From: Nitrospira japonica
GTDB taxonomy: Bacteria > Nitrospirota > Thermodesulfovibrionia > Thermodesulfovibrionales > SM23-35
DNA length: 64,000 nt
Direction of reading: 5' to 3'
Assembly (NCBI GenBank): GCA_020725385.1
Contig: DYFC01000054.1
Coordinates: 32,001-96,000, forward strand
The notes under the pieces are model-generated. The model searched no databases. It was given only the letters and a program-made list of their open reading frames with translations, and was not told the origin of the DNA. The position numbers and the translations under genes were made by a program. How positions within the stretch are numbered: position 1 is the stretch's first letter; each line of letters opens with the position of its first letter. Shown in pieces: positions 1 through 10,676 of the stretch.

Positions 1-1
1 T

Positions 2-259
2 GAAATTATGCTAACAAGTATGGACAAAGATGGCACAAAGGATGGATATGACATAGAGCTCACAAAAATAATTTCCGAAGCAACAAAAATACCAATTATT
101 GCTTCGGGAGGAGCTGGAAATCTTGAACATCTCTATGAAGCTTTTGAATATGGAAAAGCTGATGCTGCACTTGCGGCTTCGATTTTTCATTATAGAGAAT
201 ATACAATTGGCGAAGCAAAGAAATTTCTTAAAGATAAAGGAATTCCTGTGCGGTTATAA
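2..259 (+). CDS. hisF: Imidazole glycerol phosphate synthase cyclase subunit, C-terminal part (5' end outside window)
   Basis: [32 protein letters not shown] and GIPVRL motifs of HisF. Confidence 0.95.
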   Translation, partial: EIMLTSMDKDGTKDGYDIELTKIISEATKIPIIASGGAGNLEHLYEAFEYGKADAALAASIFHYREYTIGEAKKFLKDKGIPVRL

Positions 260-301
260 ACCCGAAAAATATTGTTGTAATAATGCAGATATTGCGAAAT
301 C

Positions 302-1774
302 TTAATCTTCAATTTTCATTACTTTTAAAGAGGCGCCGGTTTCGCTGATTTTTTTGCCAAACTCTTCTATATATCTTTTCAGTTCAAGTTCATGTTCCTC
401 TTGAAACACGAGAAACATTCCAATCATCTGATTCTGTTTTAGAAAACATGGTCTTTCTATTTTGAATTTGTTCGCGATAGGCTCAAGTTCTTTAAGAATT
501 TCGGATACTCTGGAGTATCTTTCAGAAGGTTCTTTTCTTATGGTAGCCATAAAGAAATTCCTTAATTCCGGTGGAATGTTTTCCATGTCAATATGCTCAT
601 CAACAATATCTTTCTCGAGATGCCATTTAAGTATATCTTTGCCTTCGGTAACAACATACGGCCTTTTGCCCGTTAACATCTCGTAAACAGTTATGCCTAA
701 GGAATAAATATCGGTGCGTTCATCTACAGGATTGCCTTTAATCTGTTCCGGTGATATATAATGAAGGGAACCGGGAAACAGGAAATTTGTATCAATACTT
801 CCTCTGCGGCAGGCAAGTCCAAAATCAATAATTTTTACTCTGCCATCTGACTGAAGAAAAATATTTCTTGGATTAATATCCTGATGAATAATGCCGAGAG
901 CATGAGCGTACTCAAGACCATTGCATACCTGAACAATTATATCAAGTATGCGCTCAAGGGAGAGTTTCTCAACATTGTCAAGCACATTATCAAGTGTAGC
1001 ACCTTCAAGATATTCCATTATTATAAAAACTGTTTTATAAGCCTCTTCAATATCATATACTTTTACTATATTGGGATGATTCATCCTTGCTATTGTTTTT
1101 GCTTCATTACGGAAAAGCTCTATAAAATCAGAATCCATTGACATTTCATGTGTGAGCATTTTTATTGCAACCGGCATGTTTAAGACACTGTGAGCGCCTT
1201 TAAATACAACACCTGCTCCTCCATGACCGATTTCATTTATAACAGAATATTTGCCAATCATTCTATTGTCAGGCAGTTTTGATGAGCTTAGAATATCAAT
1301 TAATACCGAAGACATAAAATTTTTTAATTCCGGAAATTCCGATGATAGTTTTTCAAAGAGCTCCCGGTTCATAGATAACAACTCAACGTCTGTCTCTGCA
1401 TGAACATGTGCACTTGAAACTTTTCCATCGAATAATGCTTCTGCTCCTATAATTTCTCCTGCACCGGGCTTGTCCACATCATAAAGAATATCAGCTCTTT
1501 CAACATTAACACCGCAAACACCATTTAATATAAGATAGAAATTTTCTGATTTTTCACCCTGTCTTATTATTCTTTCACCTCTGGAAAACTTCTTTAACTT
1601 CATATTCCTTAAGAATTGGTAACTTACTTCCTGAGATAATGAATCAAGAAATCTGCAACAAAAATGATATTGATATATCTTTGTTATTTGTTCCTCAACT
1701 TCGGTTAAATCAATCAAAAAACAAAACTTTTCAGTATGTGACGGCACAATATTTTTTATTGTCCTTCTATCCAT
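302..1774 (-). CDS. Cyclic-nucleotide-binding domain plus Hanks-type Ser/Thr protein kinase
   Basis: N-terminal cNMP fold (FSRGERIIRQGE...GEIIG); kinase motifs GHGGAGVV, VAIK, HQDINPRN, DFG, YISPE, DIYSLG. Confidence 0.9.
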   Translation of the reverse strand: MDRRTIKNIVPSHTEKFCFLIDLTEVEEQITKIYQYHFCCRFLDSLSQEVSYQFLRNMKLKKFSRGERIIRQGEKSENFYLILNGVCGVNVERADILYDVDKPGAGEIIGAEALFDGKVSSAHVHAETDVELLSMNRELFEKLSSEFPELKNFMSSVLIDILSSSKLPDNRMIGKYSVINEIGHGGAGVVFKGAHSVLNMPVAIKMLTHEMSMDSDFIELFRNEAKTIARMNHPNIVKVYDIEEAYKTVFIIMEYLEGATLDNVLDNVEKLSLERILDIIVQVCNGLEYAHALGIIHQDINPRNIFLQSDGRVKIIDFGLACRRGSIDTNFLFPGSLHYISPEQIKGNPVDERTDIYSLGITVYEMLTGKRPYVVTEGKDILKWHLEKDIVDEHIDMENIPPELRNFFMATIRKEPSERYSRVSEILKELEPIANKFKIERPCFLKQNQMIGMFLVFQEEHELELKRYIEEFGKKISETGASLKVMKIED

Positions 1775-1846
1775 AACTTAGTCCTTTATCTGTTTAACTT
1801 GTCGTTACTCTTTACTTTTTTGCTTTTTGTCTTATTGGTTTATTAA

Positions 1847-3295
1847 TTATTTTTTCCAGAACTGTGGCATAAAAAGTATAAGCACAGTATATACTTCAAG
1901 TCTTCCTGTTAGCATACAGAATGTAAGTATCCATTTCCCAATTGGTGTAATTTCAGCATAATTTTCTGCCGGTCCAGCCATCCCGAGAGCCGGTCCAACA
2001 TTGCACATTGCAGATATGACAGTTGAAGTGGAAGTAATTATATCAATTCCTGTAGCTGAAACTCCAACAATCGCCAGAGCACATACACTTAGAAATAAAA
2101 ATATCATTCCCCATATGCTCCCGAGAATTTCTTTATCAAGAAATTTATTATCAAGTTTGACTGAAGTTATAGCTCTCGGATGAATAAGCTGATATAATTC
2201 CCTGTATCCCTGTTTTAAAGCAAGTAGCATTCTTACCTGCTTAAGACCCCCTCCTGTAGAACCAATCATACCACCAAAGAACATTAATAACATTAATAAA
2301 ACATGGGATAAAGGATGCCATTTCTCATAATCCGCAGTTGCGTAACCTGTTGTTGTCATAACCGATGTCACCTGAAATAAAGCATATCTGAGAGATTCAT
2401 GGAATTGCCCGTACGAAGAACCAAATATTGCAAAAGTAACCAGAATTGTTGCGATTAAAGTTACACTTAAGTAAAACTTAAATTCACTACTTTTCCATAG
2501 AATTGAATATTGTCCTTTGAAGAAATAAAAATAAAGAGTATAATTGACCCCGGCAAGAAACATAAATAGGCTCGTGATATATTCAATTCCGGGATTTCCA
2601 AAAGCAGCAAGGCTTGCGTTTTTTGTTGAAAATCCTCCTGTTGCCATAGTTGTAAAGGCATGACATATTGCATCAAATATATTCATGCCGGATAGATGAA
2701 GTAATAAAGCATTAATGATTGTTAGAAAGAGATAAATAATCCATAAAGCTTTGGCTGTATCTATGATTCTTGGCCTTAGTTTATCAACGTTTATCTCGGG
2801 AACTTCTGCCCTGAAAAGTTGCATTCCTCCTGTCCCGAGAAAAGGGAGAATTGCAAGGGCAAATACTATAATGCCCATGCCACCTATCCATTGTGTTAGG
2901 CTTCTCCAGAATAAAACTCCTTCAGGAATTATTTCAACATTTTTTATAACAGAAGCACCGGTTGTAGTGAATCCAGCCATTGATTCAAAATATGCATCTG
3001 TAAAAGAACTTAAAGTTCCTGAAAATAGAAAAGGCAGGGAACCAAATAAAGACATCATCATCCATGCCAATGTTACTATTAAGAAAGCTTCTCTATTTTT
3101 AATATCTTCTTTTTTATTTTTAGTCGTAGAAGCAAAAAGAGTAATTCCGACAAGTAAAGTTATAAGAAAAGAATATATCAAAGGCATTAAATCTTTACTG
3201 CCATTTATAATAGAAACCAGAATTGGCAGTATCATAAAAGAGGAAAGATATAAAAGGACTAACCCGTTGAAATTCATGATGACCCGGACGTTCAT
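1847..3295 (-). CDS. trkH: Trk potassium uptake membrane protein
   Basis: Pore-loop motifs FESMAGFTTTG, TMATGGFS, SVMTTTGY, NVGP and GRLE; multi-TM. Confidence 0.95.
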   Translation of the reverse strand: MNVRVIMNFNGLVLLYLSSFMILPILVSIINGSKDLMPLIYSFLITLLVGITLFASTTKNKKEDIKNREAFLIVTLAWMMMSLFGSLPFLFSGTLSSFTDAYFESMAGFTTTGASVIKNVEIIPEGVLFWRSLTQWIGGMGIIVFALAILPFLGTGGMQLFRAEVPEINVDKLRPRIIDTAKALWIIYLFLTIINALLLHLSGMNIFDAICHAFTTMATGGFSTKNASLAAFGNPGIEYITSLFMFLAGVNYTLYFYFFKGQYSILWKSSEFKFYLSVTLIATILVTFAIFGSSYGQFHESLRYALFQVTSVMTTTGYATADYEKWHPLSHVLLMLLMFFGGMIGSTGGGLKQVRMLLALKQGYRELYQLIHPRAITSVKLDNKFLDKEILGSIWGMIFLFLSVCALAIVGVSATGIDIITSTSTVISAMCNVGPALGMAGPAENYAEITPIGKWILTFCMLTGRLEVYTVLILFMPQFWKK

Positions 3296-3307
3296 ACAAT
3301 ATCTTCC

Positions 3308-4639
3308 TTACATCAGAAGTTTTTCAACATTTTTAATTGATTCTCTTAATGTGAATATTATTAGCTTATCATTTTCTGCGAATTTATCGGTTCCTGAAGG
3401 GATTATTACATCTTTGCCTCTGATGATTGCACCTATAATCGAAGCCTTTGTTTGAGCTTCATTAAGTGTCTTATTTATCAATGGAGAGGTTCGTCCGATT
3501 CTTCCTTCGAGAATTTCTGCTCTTCCTTCGGCAATAGATGTAAGAGAAAGTATATCTCCTTTTCGCACATAGCGAAGTATGGTGCTTGCAGTTATCAGTC
3601 TTGGACTAAGAGCTGCCTGAAGGCCGAGACTATGAGCCAGAAATATATATTCAGTTTTATTTACAAGAGCTATATTTTTCTTTGCACCAAGTTTTTTGGC
3701 AAGTAGTGAAACCATTATATTTAATTCATCATTGTTGGAGACAGCAACAAAAGCATCCATATCTCCAATATTCTCTTCAACAAGCACTTTTTGTTCGGTT
3801 CCATCAGCATGGAGGATGAGTGAATGTTTGAGGTTTTTTGTTAGGAATTTACACCTATCAAGGTTTTTTTCGATAATTTTTATATTAGTCTTTGATTCCA
3901 TGAAAGAAGCGATGTTATAGCCGACTTTTCCTCCTCCAAGAATCATGATTTTCTTTGCAGGCATACGAACAATTTTTAAAGCAGAAATAATATCCTGGAT
4001 TTCCCCTTCTCTGACAGGAACATATATAATATCACCATTTTTTACAACATCATCACCGGTTGGGATAATTGTTTTTTCTTCCCTCAAGATAAGACCTACC
4101 AAAAATTTTTTTCTGGTTTCAGCATTGAATTTACGTAAAGACTTACCTATTAAAGGAGAGTTTTCAGGAATCTTAAAACCAATAACTTTTACGAGTCCTC
4201 CTTCGAATTCTTCTATATCTGTTGCAAAAGGTGCTTCGAGAATTCTTGTTATTGCTTTTGCTATTTCAAGTTCAGGATTAATCGCAGGGTCTATATCTAA
4301 ATTTCTTAATAGACTTTCATTGAAAAAATACTCAGAATTTCTGATTCTCGCAATTTTACGTGGTATTTTAAACATTGATTTAGCCAGAAGGCAGGCAATC
4401 ATATTTGTTTCATCCTGATCCGTAACAGCAAGAAGAATATCAGCTTTATCAGCTTCAGCCTGACGCAAAGATGAAGCCGAACCTCCTTCACCTTCAACAA
4501 CAGCCACATCTATTTCTTCTGAAATGCGTTTTATCTTATTTCTATCCCTGTCGATTACAACACAATCAATCTGTTCATAAGATAGAAACTTTGCTATCTG
4601 ATAACCAACCTCACCGGCTCCAACAATTATTACTCTCAT
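3308..4639 (-). CDS. trkA: Trk potassium uptake NAD-binding subunit
   Basis: Two RCK_N Rossmann motifs (IIVGAGEVG, MILGGGKVG) plus RCK_C; adjacent to trkH. Confidence 0.95.
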   Translation of the reverse strand: MRVIIVGAGEVGYQIAKFLSYEQIDCVVIDRDRNKIKRISEEIDVAVVEGEGGSASSLRQAEADKADILLAVTDQDETNMIACLLAKSMFKIPRKIARIRNSEYFFNESLLRNLDIDPAINPELEIAKAITRILEAPFATDIEEFEGGLVKVIGFKIPENSPLIGKSLRKFNAETRKKFLVGLILREEKTIIPTGDDVVKNGDIIYVPVREGEIQDIISALKIVRMPAKKIMILGGGKVGYNIASFMESKTNIKIIEKNLDRCKFLTKNLKHSLILHADGTEQKVLVEENIGDMDAFVAVSNNDELNIMVSLLAKKLGAKKNIALVNKTEYIFLAHSLGLQAALSPRLITASTILRYVRKGDILSLTSIAEGRAEILEGRIGRTSPLINKTLNEAQTKASIIGAIIRGKDVIIPSGTDKFAENDKLIIFTLRESIKNVEKLLM

Positions 4640-4717
4640 GGAAATTTATAATACAATAAACGTGTAAAATATTTGTACAATATAAATAATCACATCCTAA
4701 AATAAACAGAGGATTTT

Positions 4718-5755
4718 ATGAAAAAAATAAACATTCTGCTATTTGTTTTTATATTATTTTCTATGTTTTCAAATGCTGAAGCTTATCAAGTTGCAGAGCC
4801 AAATAGAAGCGAAATTATTGAAGAAATTTCCAATGTTACAGGATTAACAACAGACATGGTAAGCCTTGCGGCAAAAGAAAATCCGGAATTACTCGATAAT
4901 CTTGGCGATACAGTATTTACAGTAAAAATAATTAATTCTTTTAGTGAAGCAAAGGACGTTGAAGCATTTGAAGATTTATTTAATTATTCTATAGATAAAG
5001 TCTTAACAAAAACTCTGCCGCCTCAAATGACTTTTTTTCTGACAGCATTAAGAGCTTATAAAACTTCTCTTGAGATGATAAGAGATTATATTTTAATTCC
5101 GGAGTTCGATGAAAAAATGTACTCCCGCTATTTCGAGACCCGTCTTGCACAAATCAAACAGGGTGATATGAGCCTTGAAGCAAAGCAGCATGCATTTGCT
5201 ATTGCAACAATGGACAAAAGCACAAATATGCTATTTCCTGATAGGGGCTATTATGTCTTAAAAAATAAAATGTTTGAAGATATTATTAAAGCCAGAGGAT
5301 ACAATCCGGACTTAGTTGGAACCGATGAAAAGCTTGGTTCATATTTATGGAAGCAAATTGACGAATTCTGGATGAACAGGATGGAAGCACGTCTGAATCA
5401 AGAACTTATCAAGAAAGGAAAAAAGGAAATAATTAATTCAATATGGGATAATTCTTCAAAGCAACTTAAAGCCATAGAATCTGCGGCTAATAAGATAAGA
5501 AAGACGAAAGAAGAAAAAATCCCCAATAAAAAAGTTGATGAGAATATACCGGAATTACAAAATATATTTGAAGCGCAATTTTCTAAAGATGGTAAATTAA
5601 CATATAGCAAACCATGGCAATATGATGAAAAAAATAAATGTTATACTTTCAGTTATTGTTATAAAGGTAGTCTGGGTGATACATGGTGCTGGGAAAATGT
5701 TTGTATAACTCAAGGACAGGCACAGGATATTATAAAAAGAGGTTCATGGAAATAG
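4718..5755 (+). CDS. Hypothetical secreted protein
   Basis: 345-aa ORF, RBS gagga, Sec-type signal peptide (MKKINILLFVFILFSMFSNAEA); family not recognised. Confidence 0.7.
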   Translation: MKKINILLFVFILFSMFSNAEAYQVAEPNRSEIIEEISNVTGLTTDMVSLAAKENPELLDNLGDTVFTVKIINSFSEAKDVEAFEDLFNYSIDKVLTKTLPPQMTFFLTALRAYKTSLEMIRDYILIPEFDEKMYSRYFETRLAQIKQGDMSLEAKQHAFAIATMDKSTNMLFPDRGYYVLKNKMFEDIIKARGYNPDLVGTDEKLGSYLWKQIDEFWMNRMEARLNQELIKKGKKEIINSIWDNSSKQLKAIESAANKIRKTKEEKIPNKKVDENIPELQNIFEAQFSKDGKLTYSKPWQYDEKNKCYTFSYCYKGSLGDTWCWENVCITQGQAQDIIKRGSWK

Positions 5756-5765
5756 GATATTTATT

Positions 5766-6323
5766 TTAATAATCAATCCCTTTTTGTGGCTCTATATCCT
5801 GATGGTAGGAATGCTTTATTTCTTTCATTTCAGTCACTATATTTGCTCTTTTGATAATATCCGCATGGGCATCTCTTCCGGTTAATATTAAATGCATCAA
5901 AGGTGGTTTAATATCTATCAATTCAATTACCTGCGAAATGTCAATAAGATTCAAATTTACTGCATTATTAATTTCGTCAAGAACCAATATATCAAATTTT
6001 CCTGAAAGAATTTTTTCTTTTGCAAGTCTAATTGCTTCCTGTGCTTTTTCTTTATGCTCATTATAGACAGAGGGGTTATCTTTATTAGTAAAAAATCCTT
6101 TACCCATGACGTGTATTTCAACATCTTCTCCGAGTTTTTTAATACCATCAATCTCTCCTGAATATATATCTCCCTTTATGAACTGAATAATGCAGACCTT
6201 CATATCATATCCCGCAGCCCGCAAAACTGTACCGAGAGCTGCTGTTGTTTTCCCTTTACCGTTTCCGGTAAAGACTAAAACAAGGCCAGTTTTTTCTTTA
6301 GTATCAATATGACGATTTTTCAT
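5766..6323 (-). CDS. cobO: Cob(I)alamin adenosyltransferase (CobA/CobO/BtuR)
   Basis: TGNGKGKTTAALG, IQFIKG, LVLDEI, ILTGR, GIDY. Confidence 0.93.
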   Translation of the reverse strand: MKNRHIDTKEKTGLVLVFTGNGKGKTTAALGTVLRAAGYDMKVCIIQFIKGDIYSGEIDGIKKLGEDVEIHVMGKGFFTNKDNPSVYNEHKEKAQEAIRLAKEKILSGKFDILVLDEINNAVNLNLIDISQVIELIDIKPPLMHLILTGRDAHADIIKRANIVTEMKEIKHSYHQDIEPQKGIDY

Positions 6324-6427
6324 ATTTGAATCTTCTTATGGTACAGCCTCCGATCCATGGGATGGTAAGCTGACAGTTTTTTTATGTTTCACATTGTTTG
6401 AGTTATGTATTCATTATTTTTATAATA

Positions 6428-9400
6428 TTATTTCCTGTGATATTCCTGTAGAGATTTAATTTTCATCTTTTTCTTTTTTAATATTTCTATGGCTTTTAAA
6501 GCGGCTTTTGCTCCTGTTATGGTAGTTGTAAAAGGAATTCTGTACTGTAAAGCGCTTCTTCTTATTGAGAAGGAATCTCTCTGTGCCTGAGTTCCTGAAA
6601 CAGTATTAATCACAAAATTTATCTCTCTGTTTTTAATTTTATCAACAATATGCGGCCTGCCTTCTGTAACTTTATTTATAACCTCTACACTAATACCATG
6701 TTCATTAAGATATTTTGCTGTTCCCCTTGTTGCTATCACAGAAAAGCCAAGTTCTATTAATTTCTTTACAATCGAGACCGATGAAGGTTTATCTTTATCT
6801 TTCAAGCTTATGAATATCTTTCCCGATAATGGAATACTGTTACCACATGAAATCTGGGATTTACCATAAGCAAGGCCGAATTCTCTATCAATGCCCATAA
6901 CCTCGCCTGTTGACTTCATTTCAGGACCTAAAATTGTATCTACTCCCGTGAATCTGTCAAAAGGAAAGACCGCTTCTTTTACAGCAATATGTTTAATTTT
7001 CTTCTCTTTTGTAAATCCCAGTTCTTTCAAGCTTTTGCCTGTCATTACTTTTGCCGCTAATTTTGCGAGAGGAATTCCTGTAGCTTTACTAACAAAAGGT
7101 ATTGTCCTTGATGCTCTTGGATTAACTTCAAGTATATATATTTCATCTCCTTTAACAGCAAATTGTATATTCATGAGCCCGATAACATTGAGTTCTTTTG
7201 CCAGTGCTTTGGTTTGCCGCTTTATTTCCTTTATTTTATCTTTAGGCAGAGAATACGGAGGCAATGAACAGGCAGAATCGCCTGAATGTATTCCGGCTTC
7301 TTCAATATGCTCCATCACGCCTCCAATAATAACCTGACTTCCGTCAGAGATAGCATCAACATCTATTTCAATTGCATCTTCAAGATATTTATCAATAAGC
7401 ACAGGATGCTCAGGTGATGCTTTCACCGCCCGTCTCATATACTCTATTAAAGACTTTTCATCATAAACTATCTCCATAGCCCTGCCACCGAGTACATATG
7501 ATGGCCTGACCATTACAGGATAGCCTATTTTTGAAGCTGCACTAAGAGCTTCTTCTATGGACATGGCTGTATCGCTTTCAGCTTGTTTGAGCTTTAGTTT
7601 ATCAAGAAGTTCTTTGAATCTTTTTCTATCTTCTGCCCTATCAATTGAATCAGGTGATGTGCCAAGAATTTTAACCCCTTCTTTTTCCAGTGGCACAGCA
7701 AGTTTCAAAGGTGTCTGACCGCCAAATTGAACAATGATACCTTCGGGTTTTTCAATATGAATAATGTTTAAAACATCTTCAAGAGTAAGAGGCTCAAAAT
7801 AAAGTCTATCAGCAGTATCGTAGTCAGTGCTAACAGTTTCCGGATTGCAGTTTACCATTATAGTCTCATACCCCAATTCTTTTAGTGCGAAAACAGCGTG
7901 AACACAGCAATAATCAAATTCAATTCCCTGTCCAATTCTGTTAGGACCTGAACCAAGTATGATTACTTTTTGCCTGCTTGAGGGATTTGCTTCACATTCA
8001 GTAGTGTCAGAGTGTCCACATGTCAGAGTATCAGAGTCTTTGACACTTTGATACTTTGACTCTTTGATACTATTAAAAGGAGTTTCATAGGTTGAATACA
8101 TATACGGTGTATATGCTTCAAACTCTGCCCCGCAGGTATCAACCATTTTGTAAACAGCATGTATGTTATATTGTTGTCTTAAATGTCTTATATCGGATTC
8201 TTTTACATCAATAAGTTGAGCGATTCTTCCATCGGAAAATCCATATTGTTTTGCTTTCTTTAACTTTTCGATACAATTAGGATTTTGAATATCGAATTTT
8301 GAATCTTGAATTCTTTTTTCAGTTTCAATAATCTGCTTCATATTTTCAAGAAACCACGGGTCTATCCATGTAAGTTCATATATTTCACGGATGCTCATTC
8401 CTTCCCTTATAGCCTGAGCTATGTACCAGATACGTTCTGAATTAGGTGTCTTGAGCTTTGATTTAATTTCTGACAGTTCTGCTTTAATAGTCTCAAATCC
8501 ATAACTGCTGATTTCAAGGCTTCTTATAGCCTTTTGAAGTGATTCTTTAAAAGTCCTGCCGATTGACATTACTTCACCTACGGATTTCATTTGAGTGTTG
8601 AGGGTAGGGTCTGCTTCAGGAAATTTTTCAAAAGCAAATCTCGGGATTTTTGTAACAACGTAATCTATTGTTGGTTCAAAAGATGCAGGAGTTTCTCTTG
8701 TTATATCATTTGGAATTTCCTCGAGGGTAAGTCCTACGGCAAGTTTTGCAGCAATTTTTGCTATTGGAAATCCTGTAGCCTTTGACGCAAGGGCAGAACT
8801 TCTTGAGACTCGTGGATTCATCTCTATAACAACCATCCTGCCATTGTTTTGATTCACTGCAAATTGTATATTAGAGCCGCCTGTATCAACACCAATTTCA
8901 CGTATTATTGCTATAGATGCATCACGCATCCGCTGGTATTCTTTATCTGTTAAGGTTTGTGCAGGAGCAACAGTTATTGAATCACCTGTATGCACACCCA
9001 TTGGATCAAAATTTTCTATAGAGCAGATTATTACTACATTATCCATGCTATCGCGCATTACTTCAAGCTCATATTCCTTCCAGCCTAATACAGATTCTTC
9101 AACAAGAACCTGATTGACAGGACTGAGTTTCAACCCTCTCTCGAGCATTTCTTTATATTCTTCCATGTTGTAAGCTATTCCGCCGCCTGTTCCACCAAGT
9201 GTAAAAGATGGCCTTAGAATAACAGGAAATCCAGTATATTCAACTGCTTCGAGTCCTTCTTTAATAGAGCCTACGTGCGAGCTTTTAGGAACTTCGAGTC
9301 CTATTTTTTTCGTAGCCTCTTTAAAAAGTTCTCTATCCTCTGCTTTTTTAATTGCATGAATTTTCGCACCGATTAATTCAACCTTGTATTTTTCGAGTAT

Positions 9401-9718
9401 GCCTTTTTCAGAGAGTTCAACCGCAAGATTTAACGCAGTCTGCCCGCCCATGGTTGGCAATAATGCATCAGGTCTCTCTTTTTTTATAATCATCTCAAGA
9501 ACATCTGAAGTTAGCGGTTCAATATAAGTTGAATCAGCCATTTCAGGATCAGTCATGATTGTTGCGGGATTAGAGTTTACAAGAACAACTTGATACCCTT
9601 CCTCACGCAAAGCCTTGCATGCTTGAGTACCGGAATAGTCGAATTCACAAGCCTGGCCGATTATTATCGGACCGGAGCCGATTAACAAAATCTTTTTAAT
9701 ATCGTTTCTTTTTGGCAT
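6428..9718 (-). CDS. carB: Carbamoyl-phosphate synthase large subunit
   Basis: MPKR start, [17 protein letters not shown], duplicated ATP-grasp domains, MGS domain. Confidence 0.98.
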   Translation of the reverse strand: MPKRNDIKKILLIGSGPIIIGQACEFDYSGTQACKALREEGYQVVLVNSNPATIMTDPEMADSTYIEPLTSDVLEMIIKKERPDALLPTMGGQTALNLAVELSEKGILEKYKVELIGAKIHAIKKAEDRELFKEATKKIGLEVPKSSHVGSIKEGLEAVEYTGFPVILRPSFTLGGTGGGIAYNMEEYKEMLERGLKLSPVNQVLVEESVLGWKEYELEVMRDSMDNVVIICSIENFDPMGVHTGDSITVAPAQTLTDKEYQRMRDASIAIIREIGVDTGGSNIQFAVNQNNGRMVVIEMNPRVSRSSALASKATGFPIAKIAAKLAVGLTLEEIPNDITRETPASFEPTIDYVVTKIPRFAFEKFPEADPTLNTQMKSVGEVMSIGRTFKESLQKAIRSLEISSYGFETIKAELSEIKSKLKTPNSERIWYIAQAIREGMSIREIYELTWIDPWFLENMKQIIETEKRIQDSKFDIQNPNCIEKLKKAKQYGFSDGRIAQLIDVKESDIRHLRQQYNIHAVYKMVDTCGAEFEAYTPYMYSTYETPFNSIKESKYQSVKDSDTLTCGHSDTTECEANPSSRQKVIILGSGPNRIGQGIEFDYCCVHAVFALKELGYETIMVNCNPETVSTDYDTADRLYFEPLTLEDVLNIIHIEKPEGIIVQFGGQTPLKLAVPLEKEGVKILGTSPDSIDRAEDRKRFKELLDKLKLKQAESDTAMSIEEALSAASKIGYPVMVRPSYVLGGRAMEIVYDEKSLIEYMRRAVKASPEHPVLIDKYLEDAIEIDVDAISDGSQVIIGGVMEHIEEAGIHSGDSACSLPPYSLPKDKIKEIKRQTKALAKELNVIGLMNIQFAVKGDEIYILEVNPRASRTIPFVSKATGIPLAKLAAKVMTGKSLKELGFTKEKKIKHIAVKEAVFPFDRFTGVDTILGPEMKSTGEVMGIDREFGLAYGKSQISCGNSIPLSGKIFISLKDKDKPSSVSIVKKLIELGFSVIATRGTAKYLNEHGISVEVINKVTEGRPHIVDKIKNREINFVINTVSGTQAQRDSFSIRRSALQYRIPFTTTITGAKAALKAIEILKKKKMKIKSLQEYHRK
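8004..8070. repeat. Octamer tandem repeats in inverted arrangement inside carB
   Basis: gtgtcaga-gtgtccac-atgtcaga-gtatcaga followed by tttgacac-tttgatac-tttgactc-tttgatac. Confidence 0.75.
8282..8312. repeat. Heptamer tandem repeat inside carB
   Basis: attttga-atatcga-attttga-atcttga; encodes [10 protein letters not shown]. Confidence 0.7.
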
Positions 9719-9733
9719 AAAAAATATAAACCT

Positions 9734-9895
9734 CTAAATATCAGATAAATCTGAAAGTGAAAGATATGATAATGTTTCTAACTCAGTGATAAAAGAAATA
9801 TAAAAATCACCCTCGGGTAAGTTTTTTGCAGTAATTTTTTTACCCATTAAATATAACAATATATTAGTATCTAAAAGATATTTATCTCCATTCAC
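9734..9895 (-). pseudogene. Truncated PIN-domain (VapC-type) toxin
   Basis: Manual translation from GTG: MNGDKYLLDTNILLYLMGKK...YISFITELETLSY...* (53 aa). Has the LLDTN and SxITxxE PIN motifs but stops early; overlaps the stop of the upstream small ORF. Confidence 0.75.
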
Positions 9896-10097
9896 TCCGT
9901 ATTTTCCTTTGAAAATCCATTGGGTCTTCTTTGATATTTATAATTCCTAAGTACTTGATTAGTTTTCCTTTTGTCATTTTTTTTTGATAACTTTTTAAAA
10001 TCTGTTCAATTTCCTTCCATTCTTTATATTTGATAATTACTTCTGAGGGATTATTATTTTCATCCATAACAATCTTTTTATGTATATTTTTCAACAT
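9882..10097 (-). CDS. Putative antitoxin
   Basis: 71 aa ending DPMDFQRKIRSEW, a type of tail seen in VapC partners; directly upstream of the PIN remnant. Confidence 0.65.
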   Translation of the reverse strand: MLKNIHKKIVMDENNNPSEVIIKYKEWKEIEQILKSYQKKMTKGKLIKYLGIINIKEDPMDFQRKIRSEWR

Positions 10098-10150
10098 ATA
10101 TATTTGTCTCCGTTGTAAATGTTTATTACTTTATTAGCCAGTAAAATTAC

Positions 10151-10675
10151 CTATTTAAAATACACTATCTTGCTTCCTGCAAGGTGGAGTGGTATTTCTG
10201 ATTTTTCTGTCCATTGTCCTTTTTTGAAATATCTATCGTCAACACTTGCTGATAGGACTTTGCCGAAAAATGCATAACATTCGCCTGCATCAACTGCCTT
10301 CCATAGTCTGCATTCTATATAGCCTATACAATTTTTTATCAAGGGAGCTTTCACCTTTTTGCCGTTAATTATTTCAAGCTTTGCTTTTGTGAATTTATCT
10401 GTATCCCTGCCCGATGATTTTCCACATATCCATATAGCAGGCAGAAGTTTCTTAGTTGGTATATTAATAACAAACTCCTTCGTTTGCCTGATTAATTTTG
10501 TCGTATGATGTTCCTTTGAAACACAAACAATTACAATTGGTGGTTCATCACTTACAGGAGTCGCCCATGCACATGTCATCACATTCGGCTTCCCATTTTT
10601 ATCAATACTTGTCAATAAAAAAGTCAATTTCGGATGCAAAAGATGATATATCTCTGATTTAATTTCTTTTAGCAT
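10151..10675 (-). CDS. Flavin reductase-like FMN-binding protein
   Basis: GKPNVMTCAW, PPIV, EFVINIP, SGRDTDKF, APLI...IECRL. Confidence 0.9.
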   Translation of the reverse strand: MLKEIKSEIYHLLHPKLTFLLTSIDKNGKPNVMTCAWATPVSDEPPIVIVCVSKEHHTTKLIRQTKEFVINIPTKKLLPAIWICGKSSGRDTDKFTKAKLEIINGKKVKAPLIKNCIGYIECRLWKAVDAGECYAFFGKVLSASVDDRYFKKGQWTEKSEIPLHLAGSKIVYFK

Positions 10676-10676
10676 A

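Noticed and set aside
2751-3455. 234-aa plus-strand ORF and many other antisense ORFs (e.g. 3945-4418, 6891-7337, 27695-28129)
   Set aside because: They are shadows of well-supported genes on the opposite strand and have no recognisable motifs
4661-4681. Partial palindrome resembling a Rex operator between trkA and the orphan gene
   Set aside because: Too degenerate in very AT-rich sequence to support
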